DNA of 55,890 nt from contig CAPSSR010000002.1 in assembly GCA_948701955.1 (NCBI GenBank), positions 1-55,890 on the forward strand, written 5' to 3'. Made by a program: the position numbers and the translations under genes. Of the stretch, positions 46,569 to 55,398 are shown one piece after another. The stretch's first letter is position 1, and each line of letters starts with the position of its first letter. The stretch is from an uncultured Anaeroplasmataceae bacterium (GTDB taxonomy: Bacteria; Bacillota_I; Bacilli_A; Acholeplasmatales; Anaeroplasmataceae). Below the pieces are notes generated by a model. That model was given only the letters and a program-made list of their open reading frames with translations, had not been told where the DNA came from and made no database searches.

Positions 46569-47330
46569 ATGGCTTTAGTGAAATGTCCTGAATGTGGAAG
46601 AGAAATTTCGGATAAGGCAGACGAATGCATAAAATGTGGATATCCGTTAAAAGAAATGAAGCATAAAAAAAGGTTACATAAGTATGGAAAGATTATGCTT
46701 ATGATTTTTGCTGCAGTAATTATTATATTTTTATTGTTTGTCATATCGGATAAAATAGGATTGTTTCACAAACATAAATTTGAAAATGCAACATGCATAA
46801 AACCAAAGACATGTATTGAATGTGGAAAAATAGAAGGAGATGTAACTGAACATATTCCAAGCATAGCAACATGTACAGAATCATCGACTTGTAAAATATG
46901 TGGTCATGTAGTATCTTCCGCATTAGGACATACAGCATCTTTTGGAAGATGTGATAGATGTAATGCTATACAAGGACAGGAATGGATAGACAAAATAGAA
47001 GGGTATTTATTGGATGCAAATTATTATATAGATTCTGCAACAAAATTATTAGAATCAGAAAAAGATATTCATTCCATATTAGATAATATATTGAGTTTTT
47101 ATGAATTAGCAAACAAGTATTACCAAGATGCGTATTTTATGTGTATGGATTATGAAATATTATCAGAATTAAAAAAGAATTTAAAGAAATTACTTGCTAT
47201 CGAGTTAGATAAAAATGATTCTTCTGGACAAATCAATTCAGAGATGTTTCTTGATAATATAAAGGAATACATTGCATTAAAGGAAATATGTGAACTTGAT
47301 ATACAGGATATAAAAAGAGACTTTTTTTAA
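46569..47330 (+). CDS. zinc-ribbon membrane protein (paralog 1 of 3)
   Basis: MALVKCPECGREISDKADECIKCGYPL zinc ribbon, then TM helix and C-terminal domain; ATG 46569 chosen over ORF start 46503, which lies inside the promoter. Confidence 0.55.
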   Translation: MALVKCPECGREISDKADECIKCGYPLKEMKHKKRLHKYGKIMLMIFAAVIIIFLLFVISDKIGLFHKHKFENATCIKPKTCIECGKIEGDVTEHIPSIATCTESSTCKICGHVVSSALGHTASFGRCDRCNAIQGQEWIDKIEGYLLDANYYIDSATKLLESEKDIHSILDNILSFYELANKYYQDAYFMCMDYEILSELKKNLKKLLAIELDKNDSSGQINSEMFLDNIKEYIALKEICELDIQDIKRDFF

Positions 47331-47454
47331 AATGATAATTTTGAATTTGGCGTTAATTTTCTTTTTGAAGGGTTTCTTTTTGAATTAAAAATAGTTGAAA
47401 TAAGTCTTTTAACAAGATATAATGAATGAAAATATCTTATGGGAGGTCAGAGTC

Positions 47455-47967
47455 GTGGGATTGATTAAATGTCCAGAATGCGGAAGAGAAATTAATGAAA
47501 TTGAAAAAAGATGTCCTGAATGTGGATATCCTATGAATACAGAACATAAAAAAGTAAGCTTTAAAAGGGAGCATTCTCTGATGCTTTCATCACAACAAAC
47601 TAATGCTGAACAAAGTGAGTCTCAATCTGATGTCTCACAGCTAGATATGGAAAGTGCCATTAATAAATCACCATTTAAAACACTTAATACATTAAAAAAT
47701 ATACTTTTTGTAATTTCATTAGTTTTCTTTGCTATATCTATAATATTTTTTTATAAAAGTTATAATGTAAAGAATGAATATTTTAATTCGGAAGATTACC
47801 CAATATTGAATAAAAATGCATATGTTGGTGGAGATGCTTATAATTATATAATTAACGGAACATATTTTACTGGGTATTCGGTTATTGCATCATCAACTTT
47901 ATTAAGTGGAGTAATTTTGTTTATAGGCTCAACATTGATATTGGTAAAAACTAAAGAATGTGAATGA
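47455..47967 (+). CDS. zinc-ribbon membrane protein (paralog 2 of 3)
   Basis: GTG start after RBS gggaggt; (V)GLIKCPECGREINEIEKRCPECGYPM, then TM helices. Confidence 0.5.
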   Translation: MGLIKCPECGREINEIEKRCPECGYPMNTEHKKVSFKREHSLMLSSQQTNAEQSESQSDVSQLDMESAINKSPFKTLNTLKNILFVISLVFFAISIIFFYKSYNVKNEYFNSEDYPILNKNAYVGGDAYNYIINGTYFTGYSVIASSTLLSGVILFIGSTLILVKTKECE

Positions 47968-47978
47968 GGTACAAAGGT

Positions 47979-48821
47979 ATGGCACTTATAAAATGTCCTG
48001 AATGCGATAAAGAGATATCAGATAAAGCAAAAAAATGCATTCATTGTGGGAAAATTTTTGTTGAGGAAAAGCCAATTAATGAAAAAAATAAATGCCCTGA
48101 ATGTGGCATGGTTTTGGAAGAAACGGATGAAATATGCCCTAATTGTGGATGCCCAGTTGAAAAGAAAGTAAAGGAAAAAGAAACAAAACCCCAACAAGTA
48201 GAAGTTGCAAGTATTAAAATGGCGGCAAAGACTAAAAAAATCATAATTGGCATTATTATCACTATTATAATATGTATAGGAAGTGGAATTGGATACAGAG
48301 TCTATTCAAATAATAAGGAAAAACAAATTTATAGAGAATCCTACAATGAATATATTGATAATTTAGTACAGATACAAATTTTAATGTTGTCTGGAGGTAG
48401 TGACGCAGAATCATTATGTAATTTGACTTTAAAAGTATGGGGAAATGCGATATCTGAAGATTCTGATAGCGAAACGGATAAATATACACAAAATAAGTTT
48501 GGATTATGGAATGATTTTAATACAGCACTTGCAAATTTATATGCGGATTCTTCTACAACAAAGAAGGTTTCAAATATTGAATCAAATCAGTCATCTGTGA
48601 AAGATTTGATTAAAAAAATGCAGAATCCTCCGAATGGGTTAGACAAATGCTATAATACTGTTTCTGATTTGTATGAGGCATATAAAATATTAACAGATTT
48701 GGCAATAAATCCATCTGGAAGTTTTAGGGATTTTGGAGAAAAGAAAAATGAGGCTGTTTCCGATTTTATGTCAGCATATGAGAAATTGGATAATCAGATG
48801 CCAGAAAAATTAAAAGAATAA
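47979..48821 (+). CDS. zinc-ribbon membrane protein (paralog 3 of 3)
   Basis: MALIKCPECDKEISDKAKKCIHCG plus a second CPECG...CPNCGCP ribbon, TM helix, long C-terminal domain; alternative start 47964. Confidence 0.55.
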   Translation: MALIKCPECDKEISDKAKKCIHCGKIFVEEKPINEKNKCPECGMVLEETDEICPNCGCPVEKKVKEKETKPQQVEVASIKMAAKTKKIIIGIIITIIICIGSGIGYRVYSNNKEKQIYRESYNEYIDNLVQIQILMLSGGSDAESLCNLTLKVWGNAISEDSDSETDKYTQNKFGLWNDFNTALANLYADSSTTKKVSNIESNQSSVKDLIKKMQNPPNGLDKCYNTVSDLYEAYKILTDLAINPSGSFRDFGEKKNEAVSDFMSAYEKLDNQMPEKLKE

Positions 48822-48923
48822 AATTGGACTGTATTAATAATATAAGGCATTGTATAGAAATATACAGTGTCCTTTCTATTTTAAGTAGATATTTAAAAAG
48901 TATTAAAAATATAAAAATAATAC

Positions 48924-48952
48924 TTGACTGTATACTGTTAATGCATTATAAT
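48924..48952 (+). promoter_or_regulatory. sigma-70-like promoter
   Basis: TTGACT - 17 bp - TATAAT upstream of RHH gene. Confidence 0.5.
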
Positions 48953-48975
48953 GGATAATGTAAGGAGGAAAGCGG

Positions 48976-49128
48976 ATGGCAAAACCAAAACAGAATACAG
49001 AGAAAATTGTTGTTTATGTCACTCCTGAGCTGCTTGAGTATTATAAAGAAGAAGCAGAGAAAAAAGGTTTAAATGTCTCTAATCTAGTAAGAATGATTCT
49101 AACGGAGCGAATGAATGACAAAAAATAA
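48976..49128 (+). CDS. ribbon-helix-helix (CopG/Arc-like) DNA-binding protein, 50 aa
   Basis: Strong RBS taaggagga; KIVVYVTPELLEYYKEEAEKKGLNVSNLVRMIL has beta-strand plus two helices typical of RHH. Confidence 0.55.
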   Translation: MAKPKQNTEKIVVYVTPELLEYYKEEAEKKGLNVSNLVRMILTERMNDKK

Positions 49129-49561
49129 GAATGACAGCTACACCGTCCAAAGTAGAAGCTGCCATTCTGCACTCGCCAAACGCTGCAAACGTAGGTTTTA
49201 GACCTACTCACGCTTGAACAGTCTTATAGTAACATATTTTCTTAGATTGTTCAATCAAAAAATCCACTTTACGACTGAACATTGACAACTTTACAGGTTA
49301 TGCGTAAAGCATCAAGACCACTTGCCGAAAAGAAGCGGTTAAGGTAGTTGCATACTTTCCGAAGTAACCGGAGAAGCAACAGAGCATTAACAGGCTGCTA
49401 AGACTCCCTATAATGAAAAGAAGTGGGAATAACTGTTAAAGTCTCTGCATGAAAATGAGACTGAATAAACACATACGGATTTTAGGGCTTGCATCCGTCA
49501 AAAGATGTAGGCCTATTTCTAAAATTAAAAAGAGAAAAATATAATATCAAAAAGCTAAAGG

Positions 49562-50197
49562 ATGGAGAGCATGAAAGCATACATAAAATATGTTGAATGT
49601 GCTGATTGTGGTAGAAAGATTCCTGCCTGTAATGCACGTTACATCAATGGAAAGCCTTATGGATACAGCTGTTACAAAAAACAGCTTGCATTGCTCTATA
49701 AGCAGTGGGAAGACGAAAAGAACGCCGAATATTCTGCAAAGTGTTTTGCGGCGATGCAGATTTTTGAGAGAAAGAAAAGCAATTCTTTTCATGATTCCAT
49801 TTGTAAACAGTGGAATGATTGTAGGAAACTTACTGCGAAACAGCTTGAATGTATCATAAAAGGATTCACGGAGCAGGAAAAAATAAATTTTTGGTTGATA
49901 TGGTTCCAGCTTACAAATGATGAATGTTTGAAATGGAGCATTCCATCATGGGTAGAAAATACCATTAAAAAAAATAAAAATGGATTTGCTGATTATATGG
50001 AAGATGAAGCGATAATAAATTGTTTGCTTTATGATCGTAAATACGGCAAACAGGGGTTCCATTTTTATAGAGATATAGAAATTGATTCTGAAAGAATCCA
50101 TATGATAGAAAATGGAAGAAATAAAAGTTATCTAAATGAAAATGTAGAAGATGAATACATAGAAGTATTGAAAGTGGTTGAGGGCATACAGAAATAG
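49562..50197 (+). CDS. hypothetical Cys-rich protein
   Basis: 211 aa; CADCGRK...CNARY; start may be second ATG at 49571. Confidence 0.5.
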   Translation: MESMKAYIKYVECADCGRKIPACNARYINGKPYGYSCYKKQLALLYKQWEDEKNAEYSAKCFAAMQIFERKKSNSFHDSICKQWNDCRKLTAKQLECIIKGFTEQEKINFWLIWFQLTNDECLKWSIPSWVENTIKKNKNGFADYMEDEAIINCLLYDRKYGKQGFHFYRDIEIDSERIHMIENGRNKSYLNENVEDEYIEVLKVVEGIQK

Positions 50198-50230
50198 TTT
50201 ATGCCCTCTTTACACATATAAGGAGAAGAT

Positions 50231-50419
50231 ATGACAGTAAAAAAGATTTTTGAATTGGGGTTGATTAATGACAGTACAAAAATATATATCCGTAATCCGG
50301 ATATGTATACTCTTGCATATGGGAATTGGTTTCATGATAATGTGTTGAAATATTTGGATTCTGTAGCAGAATGTTTCACTTGGCAGGATGACAATAAATT
50401 TTATATTGATCTGAAATAA
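50231..50419 (+). CDS. hypothetical protein
   Basis: 62-aa ORF, RBS aaggaga. Confidence 0.4.
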   Translation: MTVKKIFELGLINDSTKIYIRNPDMYTLAYGNWFHDNVLKYLDSVAECFTWQDDNKFYIDLK

Positions 50420-50437
50420 CCAGAGGAGAATAGAACA

Positions 50438-50653
50438 ATGAAAAACAATGAAGCTTTAACCTATGAAGAATTTATTGCTTTAGGGAAAGCGAACTACACA
50501 AATGGCGGCGATGTTGTGTATGAATGCTGGGAACGCTATGAATTTGAAGATTATGTGAAAATGTTTGGGGCGATGACAGAAGAAAAAGCAATGAGACTTT
50601 TTCGGTTGTATAAGTCTCAGGAAGATGAAGCGGAAGCCATGTCAGAGTGGTAA
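50438..50653 (+). CDS. hypothetical protein
   Basis: 71-aa ORF, RBS ggagaa. Confidence 0.4.
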   Translation: MKNNEALTYEEFIALGKANYTNGGDVVYECWERYEFEDYVKMFGAMTEEKAMRLFRLYKSQEDEAEAMSEW

Positions 50654-50681
50654 ATTGAACAATTACCTGATGGAGGCAATT

Positions 50682-50828
50682 ATGGATAAAAGAGAGATGA
50701 TTAAAGAGATATTAAGAAACCAAAACAGGACAAACGACCATATTTTTACCGAAAAGAAACTTGAAGGTATGAATTGTGGAATGTTGGTTATCATTTGCGA
50801 AGCTAGTAAGCACATGATTACAAAATAA
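50682..50828 (+). CDS. hypothetical protein
   Basis: Internal ATG of ORF 50625-50828, preceded by RBS ggagg. Confidence 0.35.
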   Translation: MDKREMIKEILRNQNRTNDHIFTEKKLEGMNCGMLVIICEASKHMITK

Positions 50829-50905
50829 GCCAATGAAAGGATAGTTTATCCATAGTAAAAGGGTATCATCAAAGTGTGGTATCATTTATAGTTTGGATAA
50901 ATGGC

Positions 50906-50933
50906 TTGAAAAAGTTATGGAATCTGATATAAT
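50906..50933 (+). promoter_or_regulatory. promoter TTGAAA-16-TATAAT inside repeated element (copy B)
   Basis: ataaatGGCTTGAAAAagttatGGAATCTGATATAAT upstream of hicA. Confidence 0.5.
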
Positions 50934-50960
50934 GAATATATACAAAGGAAGTGAATCAGA

Positions 50961-51200
50961 ATGAACCAAAAAACATATAATGATGTAATAAGCGGAAAAT
51001 CTGACAACAACATAAATTTTGGCGATTTCTGCAATCTTATTGTTGATTTGGGTTTTTCTTTCAAGGGGGAAAAAGGTTCCCATAAGTCATATTATCATAA
51101 TGGAATAAATGAACGTATGACAATACAGAATGCCAATTCAAAGGCTAAAGGCTATCAGGTTAGACAATTAAGGGATATTATTATTAAGCATGGTTTATAA
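50961..51200 (+). CDS. hicA: HicA-family toxin (mRNA interferase)
   Basis: 79 aa; DLGFSFKGEKGSHKSYYHNGINERMTIQNANSKAKGYQVRQLRDIIIKHGL fits HicA/YcfA consensus. Confidence 0.8.
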   Translation: MNQKTYNDVISGKSDNNINFGDFCNLIVDLGFSFKGEKGSHKSYYHNGINERMTIQNANSKAKGYQVRQLRDIIIKHGL

Positions 51201-51212
51201 GGAGGTATTATA

Positions 51213-51425
51213 ATGGCAGAATATTCTATTTTCATGCAATATGATCCACAAGATAATATATTTGTTGCGAGCATCCCTGAATTGCCTGGATGTATGGCGC
51301 ATGGGGAGACAAAGGAAGACGCATTAAAAGAAATTGAAATAGCTAAAGAATTATGGATTGAAACCGCTTTAGAAGATGATTTACCAATCCCAGAACCGGC
51401 ATTGTTTACCGATGTAGCGGTTTAG
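51213..51425 (+). CDS. hicB: HicB-family antitoxin
   Basis: 70 aa; YDPQDNIFVASIPELPGCMAHGETKEDALKEIEIAKELWIE fits HicB consensus; directly downstream of hicA. Confidence 0.75.
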   Translation: MAEYSIFMQYDPQDNIFVASIPELPGCMAHGETKEDALKEIEIAKELWIETALEDDLPIPEPALFTDVAV

Positions 51426-51465
51426 ATAGGGGGCGATAAAGATTACTATACAACAGAAAATTGAT

Positions 51466-51654
51466 ATGGCTTGTGCCCATGCTGGAATCAGCAAAGCGGA
51501 ATTGTCACGGCGATTAGGATATAAAAAACCGCAATCATTCCAAACTAGATATGACACGGGAAAATTTACACAAGAAGAATTGCAAGATATCGCACAAGCA
51601 ACTGGGGGAAAATACATTTCAGTATTTCAATATCCAGACGGTACAGAGATTTAA
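51466..51654 (+). CDS. small HTH domain protein (possibly detached HicB C-terminal HTH)
   Basis: 62 aa; ISKAELSRRLGYKKPQSFQTRYDTGKFTQEELQDIAQATG. Confidence 0.45.
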   Translation: MACAHAGISKAELSRRLGYKKPQSFQTRYDTGKFTQEELQDIAQATGGKYISVFQYPDGTEI

Positions 51655-52061
51655 AGCATTTACTATTAAAAGTAAGTGCTTTTTTATTGTCTATGATATA
51701 AGTAAAATAATTTATAAAAGCAGTAAAAATACTGTTGACAATATAAGCAAAATCACTTATAATAGAGATAGTTAAAGGAAAGCAACACAAAATCCAATAA
51801 CAAGAGATGGCCACTCACCAACACGGAGCGGAGACGGAACCGCTAACAAATACCGTGCTCTATGGTTGAAGGGGTAGTCAAGTCCCCAAAGTGCAGTATT
51901 GCGAAAAAGGGCATAGGGCAAAACCAAGGCAGATTTGTTATAATGCAGCCTGAAAGCCTGATCAACTTTCAGTCAGTCCACAGCCTGTAAAATGCAGATG
52001 GTAACAGGAAAGCAATGAAGAAGTAGTTACTGTACATAGACAGGCCAAAAAGAAAGGTTAA

Positions 52062-52565
52062 ATGGTGGAAAATATGAATACAAATATTTTAGCGGTAGAC
52101 ATTAAGCATTGTAGCACATATGATTTTCTTCAAAATGGAGAAACAACAGAACAGCTTCTGCAACGTGCCAACGATTCAAAAGAAAAAGACATTGCAAGTT
52201 GGATAAGAAATGTTAAAAATTATCCTGATGTAGAAGATTTTAGAAATTATCTGAAATCAGCACAGGAAAAAGAATACAGAGTCATGACATGGGAAGAATT
52301 TGAGCAATTTCAGAAAAGATTTTTGCTTGACGGCAAATTAACAGAGATAACGGCAGAAGATTTCGATGATATGCTTAATGTTTTGCCGCCTTTATACTGG
52401 ATGGAGCATGATGGCGTTGAAATGTTCTGCATGTCTGAAATGTATACTGGAACATATACTAATCAATATGCACATGACAAGCGTACAGATAAGTATTATA
52501 CAAAGATGGTTGATAGTGCAGATAAGAACACCTGGATTTGTGAATTGTTGAAGGAGATAGCATAA
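52062..52565 (+). CDS. hypothetical protein
   Basis: 167-aa ORF. Confidence 0.45.
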   Translation: MVENMNTNILAVDIKHCSTYDFLQNGETTEQLLQRANDSKEKDIASWIRNVKNYPDVEDFRNYLKSAQEKEYRVMTWEEFEQFQKRFLLDGKLTEITAEDFDDMLNVLPPLYWMEHDGVEMFCMSEMYTGTYTNQYAHDKRTDKYYTKMVDSADKNTWICELLKEIA

Positions 52566-52566
52566 T

Positions 52567-52761
52567 ATGATAGACAATTCAAAATATAAGAAGGAACATG
52601 ATGCTATTATTGAGTATGTAAAGAAGCAAATCGGAACAGATTTAAACGTATACAGAGATGGAGACGGCACTAGTCCATATACTACTACATATTGGGATTT
52701 AAATGGGCCTAAAGTATGCATAAATTGGTGTGAGAGTAAAGGGGCATGCCTAGAGATATAA
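52567..52761 (+). CDS. hypothetical protein
   Basis: 64-aa ORF overlapping previous stop. Confidence 0.4.
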   Translation: MIDNSKYKKEHDAIIEYVKKQIGTDLNVYRDGDGTSPYTTTYWDLNGPKVCINWCESKGACLEI

Positions 52762-52866
52762 AACAAAAAATTGAATATCTTGTCAGTAAGTCAAACGAAA
52801 AATTGGCTCTGGAATGGGGAGGAGCATGGTTTAAATATATTTATTTTAGATAGAAAGGTGCTTTTC

Positions 52867-53061
52867 GAAATGATTAATATTGATATGTGGTATGGAGACG
52901 ATTACAAACAGGCGGATAAGATAGATATTTCTTTTTATCCGAATGATGGAGAATACAGAGGAAACATATATATAGATGGGAAAATCGTTGGTGATTATAC
53001 TTGCAATGATTCGTTGGAATTAGAAAAAAGTTTTTCACAATTAACTTTTCATTGGGAGTAA
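52867..53061 (+). CDS. hypothetical protein
   Basis: Internal ATG of ORF 52771-53061 (MINIDMWYGDDYKQ...). Confidence 0.35.
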   Translation, partial: EMINIDMWYGDDYKQADKIDISFYPNDGEYRGNIYIDGKIVGDYTCNDSLELEKSFSQLTFHWE

Positions 53062-53096
53062 AACATAATTTTTGTAATTTAAATGGAGGAGGAAAC

Positions 53097-53219
53097 ATGA
53101 AAGAAACCAAGGACTATGAGAACAGAAGCTTGTGGTATGCACTGTACATATGCATCATCAAGAAATTAAGCGCAGATGACGCACTGCAGCTAATGGGCGA
53201 GAAGGCATACGGTTTGTGA
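53097..53219 (+). CDS. possible 40-aa small protein
   Basis: RBS ggaggagg 7 nt before ATG; followed by hairpin terminator. Confidence 0.3.
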   Translation: MKETKDYENRSLWYALYICIIKKLSADDALQLMGEKAYGL

Positions 53220-53229
53220 GTAGTTAGAG

Positions 53230-53264
53230 CGGTCATGACAACATGATGTTATGACCGTTTTATA
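53230..53264 (+). terminator. intrinsic terminator-like hairpin
   Basis: CGGTCAT-loop-ATGACCG followed by TTTTAT. Confidence 0.45.
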
Positions 53265-53314
53265 GTACTCATAAATTGATAGAATATAAATATGGGGTAC
53301 GGAAAGGAAATGCT

Positions 53315-53743
53315 ATGCAGATAAAAGAATATAAGATTTTTAGAAGTCCAGCAAAAACGGCAAAGGAAAATGGTCTGATTCTTGCAGATGGGATTGGAAA
53401 CAATCATAAAAGATTGTTTGATTTTACGCTTTTGGATGAAGCAAAGATATCAGAGGAAGAAAAGAAAGTGATAAAGGATTGGGCATTAAAAGATATAAGT
53501 GCGTCATATTTGGTATCTTATTATGCAAAAAAATTCAATAATTTTTATGCATGTGAAGGAAATGCAAGATATATGATGCAGAGGGTATTTGCCAGAGATG
53601 GAAAGCGGTTATACAACATTTTTTGCTTGGATTTTATTAATCATAATATGATAAGCAGGAAATCTATATATGTCGATTTTGTAATAGATAATTATCAGCA
53701 TAGAAGCGAAAATTTAATATCTGAATATATAGAAATAGCATAG
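53315..53743 (+). CDS. hypothetical protein
   Basis: ATG after RBS aaaggaaa (internal to ORF 53276-53743). Confidence 0.45.
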   Translation: MQIKEYKIFRSPAKTAKENGLILADGIGNNHKRLFDFTLLDEAKISEEEKKVIKDWALKDISASYLVSYYAKKFNNFYACEGNARYMMQRVFARDGKRLYNIFCLDFINHNMISRKSIYVDFVIDNYQHRSENLISEYIEIA

Positions 53744-53759
53744 AGAGAGGGGATAAATT

Positions 53760-53996
53760 ATGCCAGCATATAGTTATACCGAATATATAAGCCCATCAGG
53801 GAACACGCAGATATATATTGTAAGACGTAAGAAGAATATCATAAAAATATCTGCTAAAGAGAAAGAGGTAGCTAATCAGAAACGTCTGGGCGCTGGAATG
53901 ATTATTGTGGGCCTGATGGGATGCGTGATTTTCCCAGAGGACTGCGGAGGCGCATTATTGGCCTGTGCCATGGGAATTTTAAGGATGATTTTTTGA
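53760..53996 (+). CDS. small hypothetical membrane protein
   Basis: 78 aa; hydrophobic C-terminus GAGMIIVGLMGCVIF...ALLACAMGIL. Confidence 0.4.
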   Translation: MPAYSYTEYISPSGNTQIYIVRRKKNIIKISAKEKEVANQKRLGAGMIIVGLMGCVIFPEDCGGALLACAMGILRMIF

Positions 53997-54009
53997 GGAG
54001 GCTCTGTAC

Positions 54010-54141
54010 ATGCAGAATTTTACAGAATTTTTGAAAGAAAATTATGAAATATCAGAAGAGGAATTTGAAGAATTAAGTATCTATGAGAAGAAGATTATAG
54101 ATAGTGAATATGATTGTTATATTGATTCTATCATAAAGTGA
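54010..54141 (+). CDS. possible 43-aa acidic small protein
   Basis: RBS gaggagg; MQNFTEFLKENYEISEEEFEELS... Confidence 0.3.
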   Translation: MQNFTEFLKENYEISEEEFEELSIYEKKIIDSEYDCYIDSIIK

Positions 54142-54153
54142 CAGAGGTGGAAA

Positions 54154-54288
54154 ATGAAGAAGTATAAAATGTATGATGCAAATTGGGTTTTTATACGTAA
54201 TGTGGAAGCGTTTAGCGAATTTGCTGCAATTGATATCGCCGAATCAGAGGATATTGGCCATTACTATTTAGTGCCAGTGATGGAATGA
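54154..54288 (+). CDS. possible 44-aa small protein
   Basis: RBS agaggtgg; MKKYKMYDANWVFIRNVEAF... Confidence 0.3.
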   Translation: MKKYKMYDANWVFIRNVEAFSEFAAIDIAESEDIGHYYLVPVME

Positions 54289-54325
54289 TGGATATTAATG
54301 AATAGTTTTATAGGGAGGGTGAAAG

Positions 54326-54550
54326 ATGTCGGAAATATTGGATGCTGTAAAATATGTTACAGATAATAAACTTGAAAAGGAAGCGAATATTTTAGCTTGT
54401 AAAGTTGGAAATATTTATGTTGCATGTTATATGATTTGCAAAAATATTCCCCTTACACAAGAAAATATTGATATATGCAGAAAAGTTGTCGAAAAGGGAA
54501 AAGAAGAAGAGAGGAAGAGTGGCATAACCGTGTTTTTAATACATAAGTAG
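54326..54550 (+). CDS. hypothetical protein
   Basis: 74-aa ORF, RBS agggagggtg. Confidence 0.45.
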   Translation: MSEILDAVKYVTDNKLEKEANILACKVGNIYVACYMICKNIPLTQENIDICRKVVEKGKEEERKSGITVFLIHK

Positions 54551-54592
54551 AATATTTATAAACCGTGTATTTTATGGATGGAGGATAAACAT

Positions 54593-54832
54593 ATGATTTT
54601 AGATAATAACTATGAAATGAAGGTTGTTATTGTTGAAGATAGAAACGGAGTTTCTGGAGATGTGTATGATGATTTTAGAAAATTTAAAAGTGAACATCCG
54701 TATAGTGGTTATAAGTTTGGATTTTGTGTTGTTTCAAAAGTAGGGAATTATGTTCCAGAGGGGTGCAACAATTGGAACGATAGTCCAGAGGAAGCGTTGC
54801 ATGATTATTTTGACAACGCATGGAGGCAATGA
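54593..54832 (+). CDS. hypothetical protein
   Basis: ATG after RBS ggagga (internal to ORF 54578-54832). Confidence 0.45.
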   Translation: MILDNNYEMKVVIVEDRNGVSGDVYDDFRKFKSEHPYSGYKFGFCVVSKVGNYVPEGCNNWNDSPEEALHDYFDNAWRQ

Positions 54833-55062
54833 AACTACTGTTTTGTGGTGCTGTGCAATAACAAGAATATAATAATGGCTCCTGATTGGTGGATGGTTAG
54901 CCAGTTATAGGAAGGAAGATGGAAAGGTTACAGTAAACGGAGTTTGACGAACGGCCACAAACCTTATTTAAAGCCTTAAATCAGCGCATATGCAAATATG
55001 TATGTGCGTTGCATTAAGTCCTTAAATAAGGTAAAATAAAAGCGTCAGGAGGGTATGTAGCC

Positions 55063-55311
55063 ATGAAAAGAATATCGTTTATAATGAGTATAGACGCAGA
55101 AGGGAAGATTACAGTAAAGGAAATTTTAAATTATATTATTCAGAATTTGCCAGAAGTAAAAGTTCCTGATACTGATATAATGCAGATACCACTTGCGTCA
55201 TTGGCATTATCAGATGATAGTACAAAACATTGTATAGACGGTGAAATGTGTGGTAAAAAGTGGCAAGATGGAAAATACATGGAGTATGAAATAACTTTAA
55301 CTTTTGGATAA
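55063..55311 (+). CDS. hypothetical protein
   Basis: 82-aa ORF, RBS aggagggt. Confidence 0.45.
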   Translation: MKRISFIMSIDAEGKITVKEILNYIIQNLPEVKVPDTDIMQIPLASLALSDDSTKHCIDGEMCGKKWQDGKYMEYEITLTFG

Positions 55312-55398
55312 ATAAGCGGCATAGAAATAGAAGTAATAAGCAAGTGACAAATAGAAAATGTTACTTGCTTTTATTATTGAAAAACGGAGGAAAATGAG

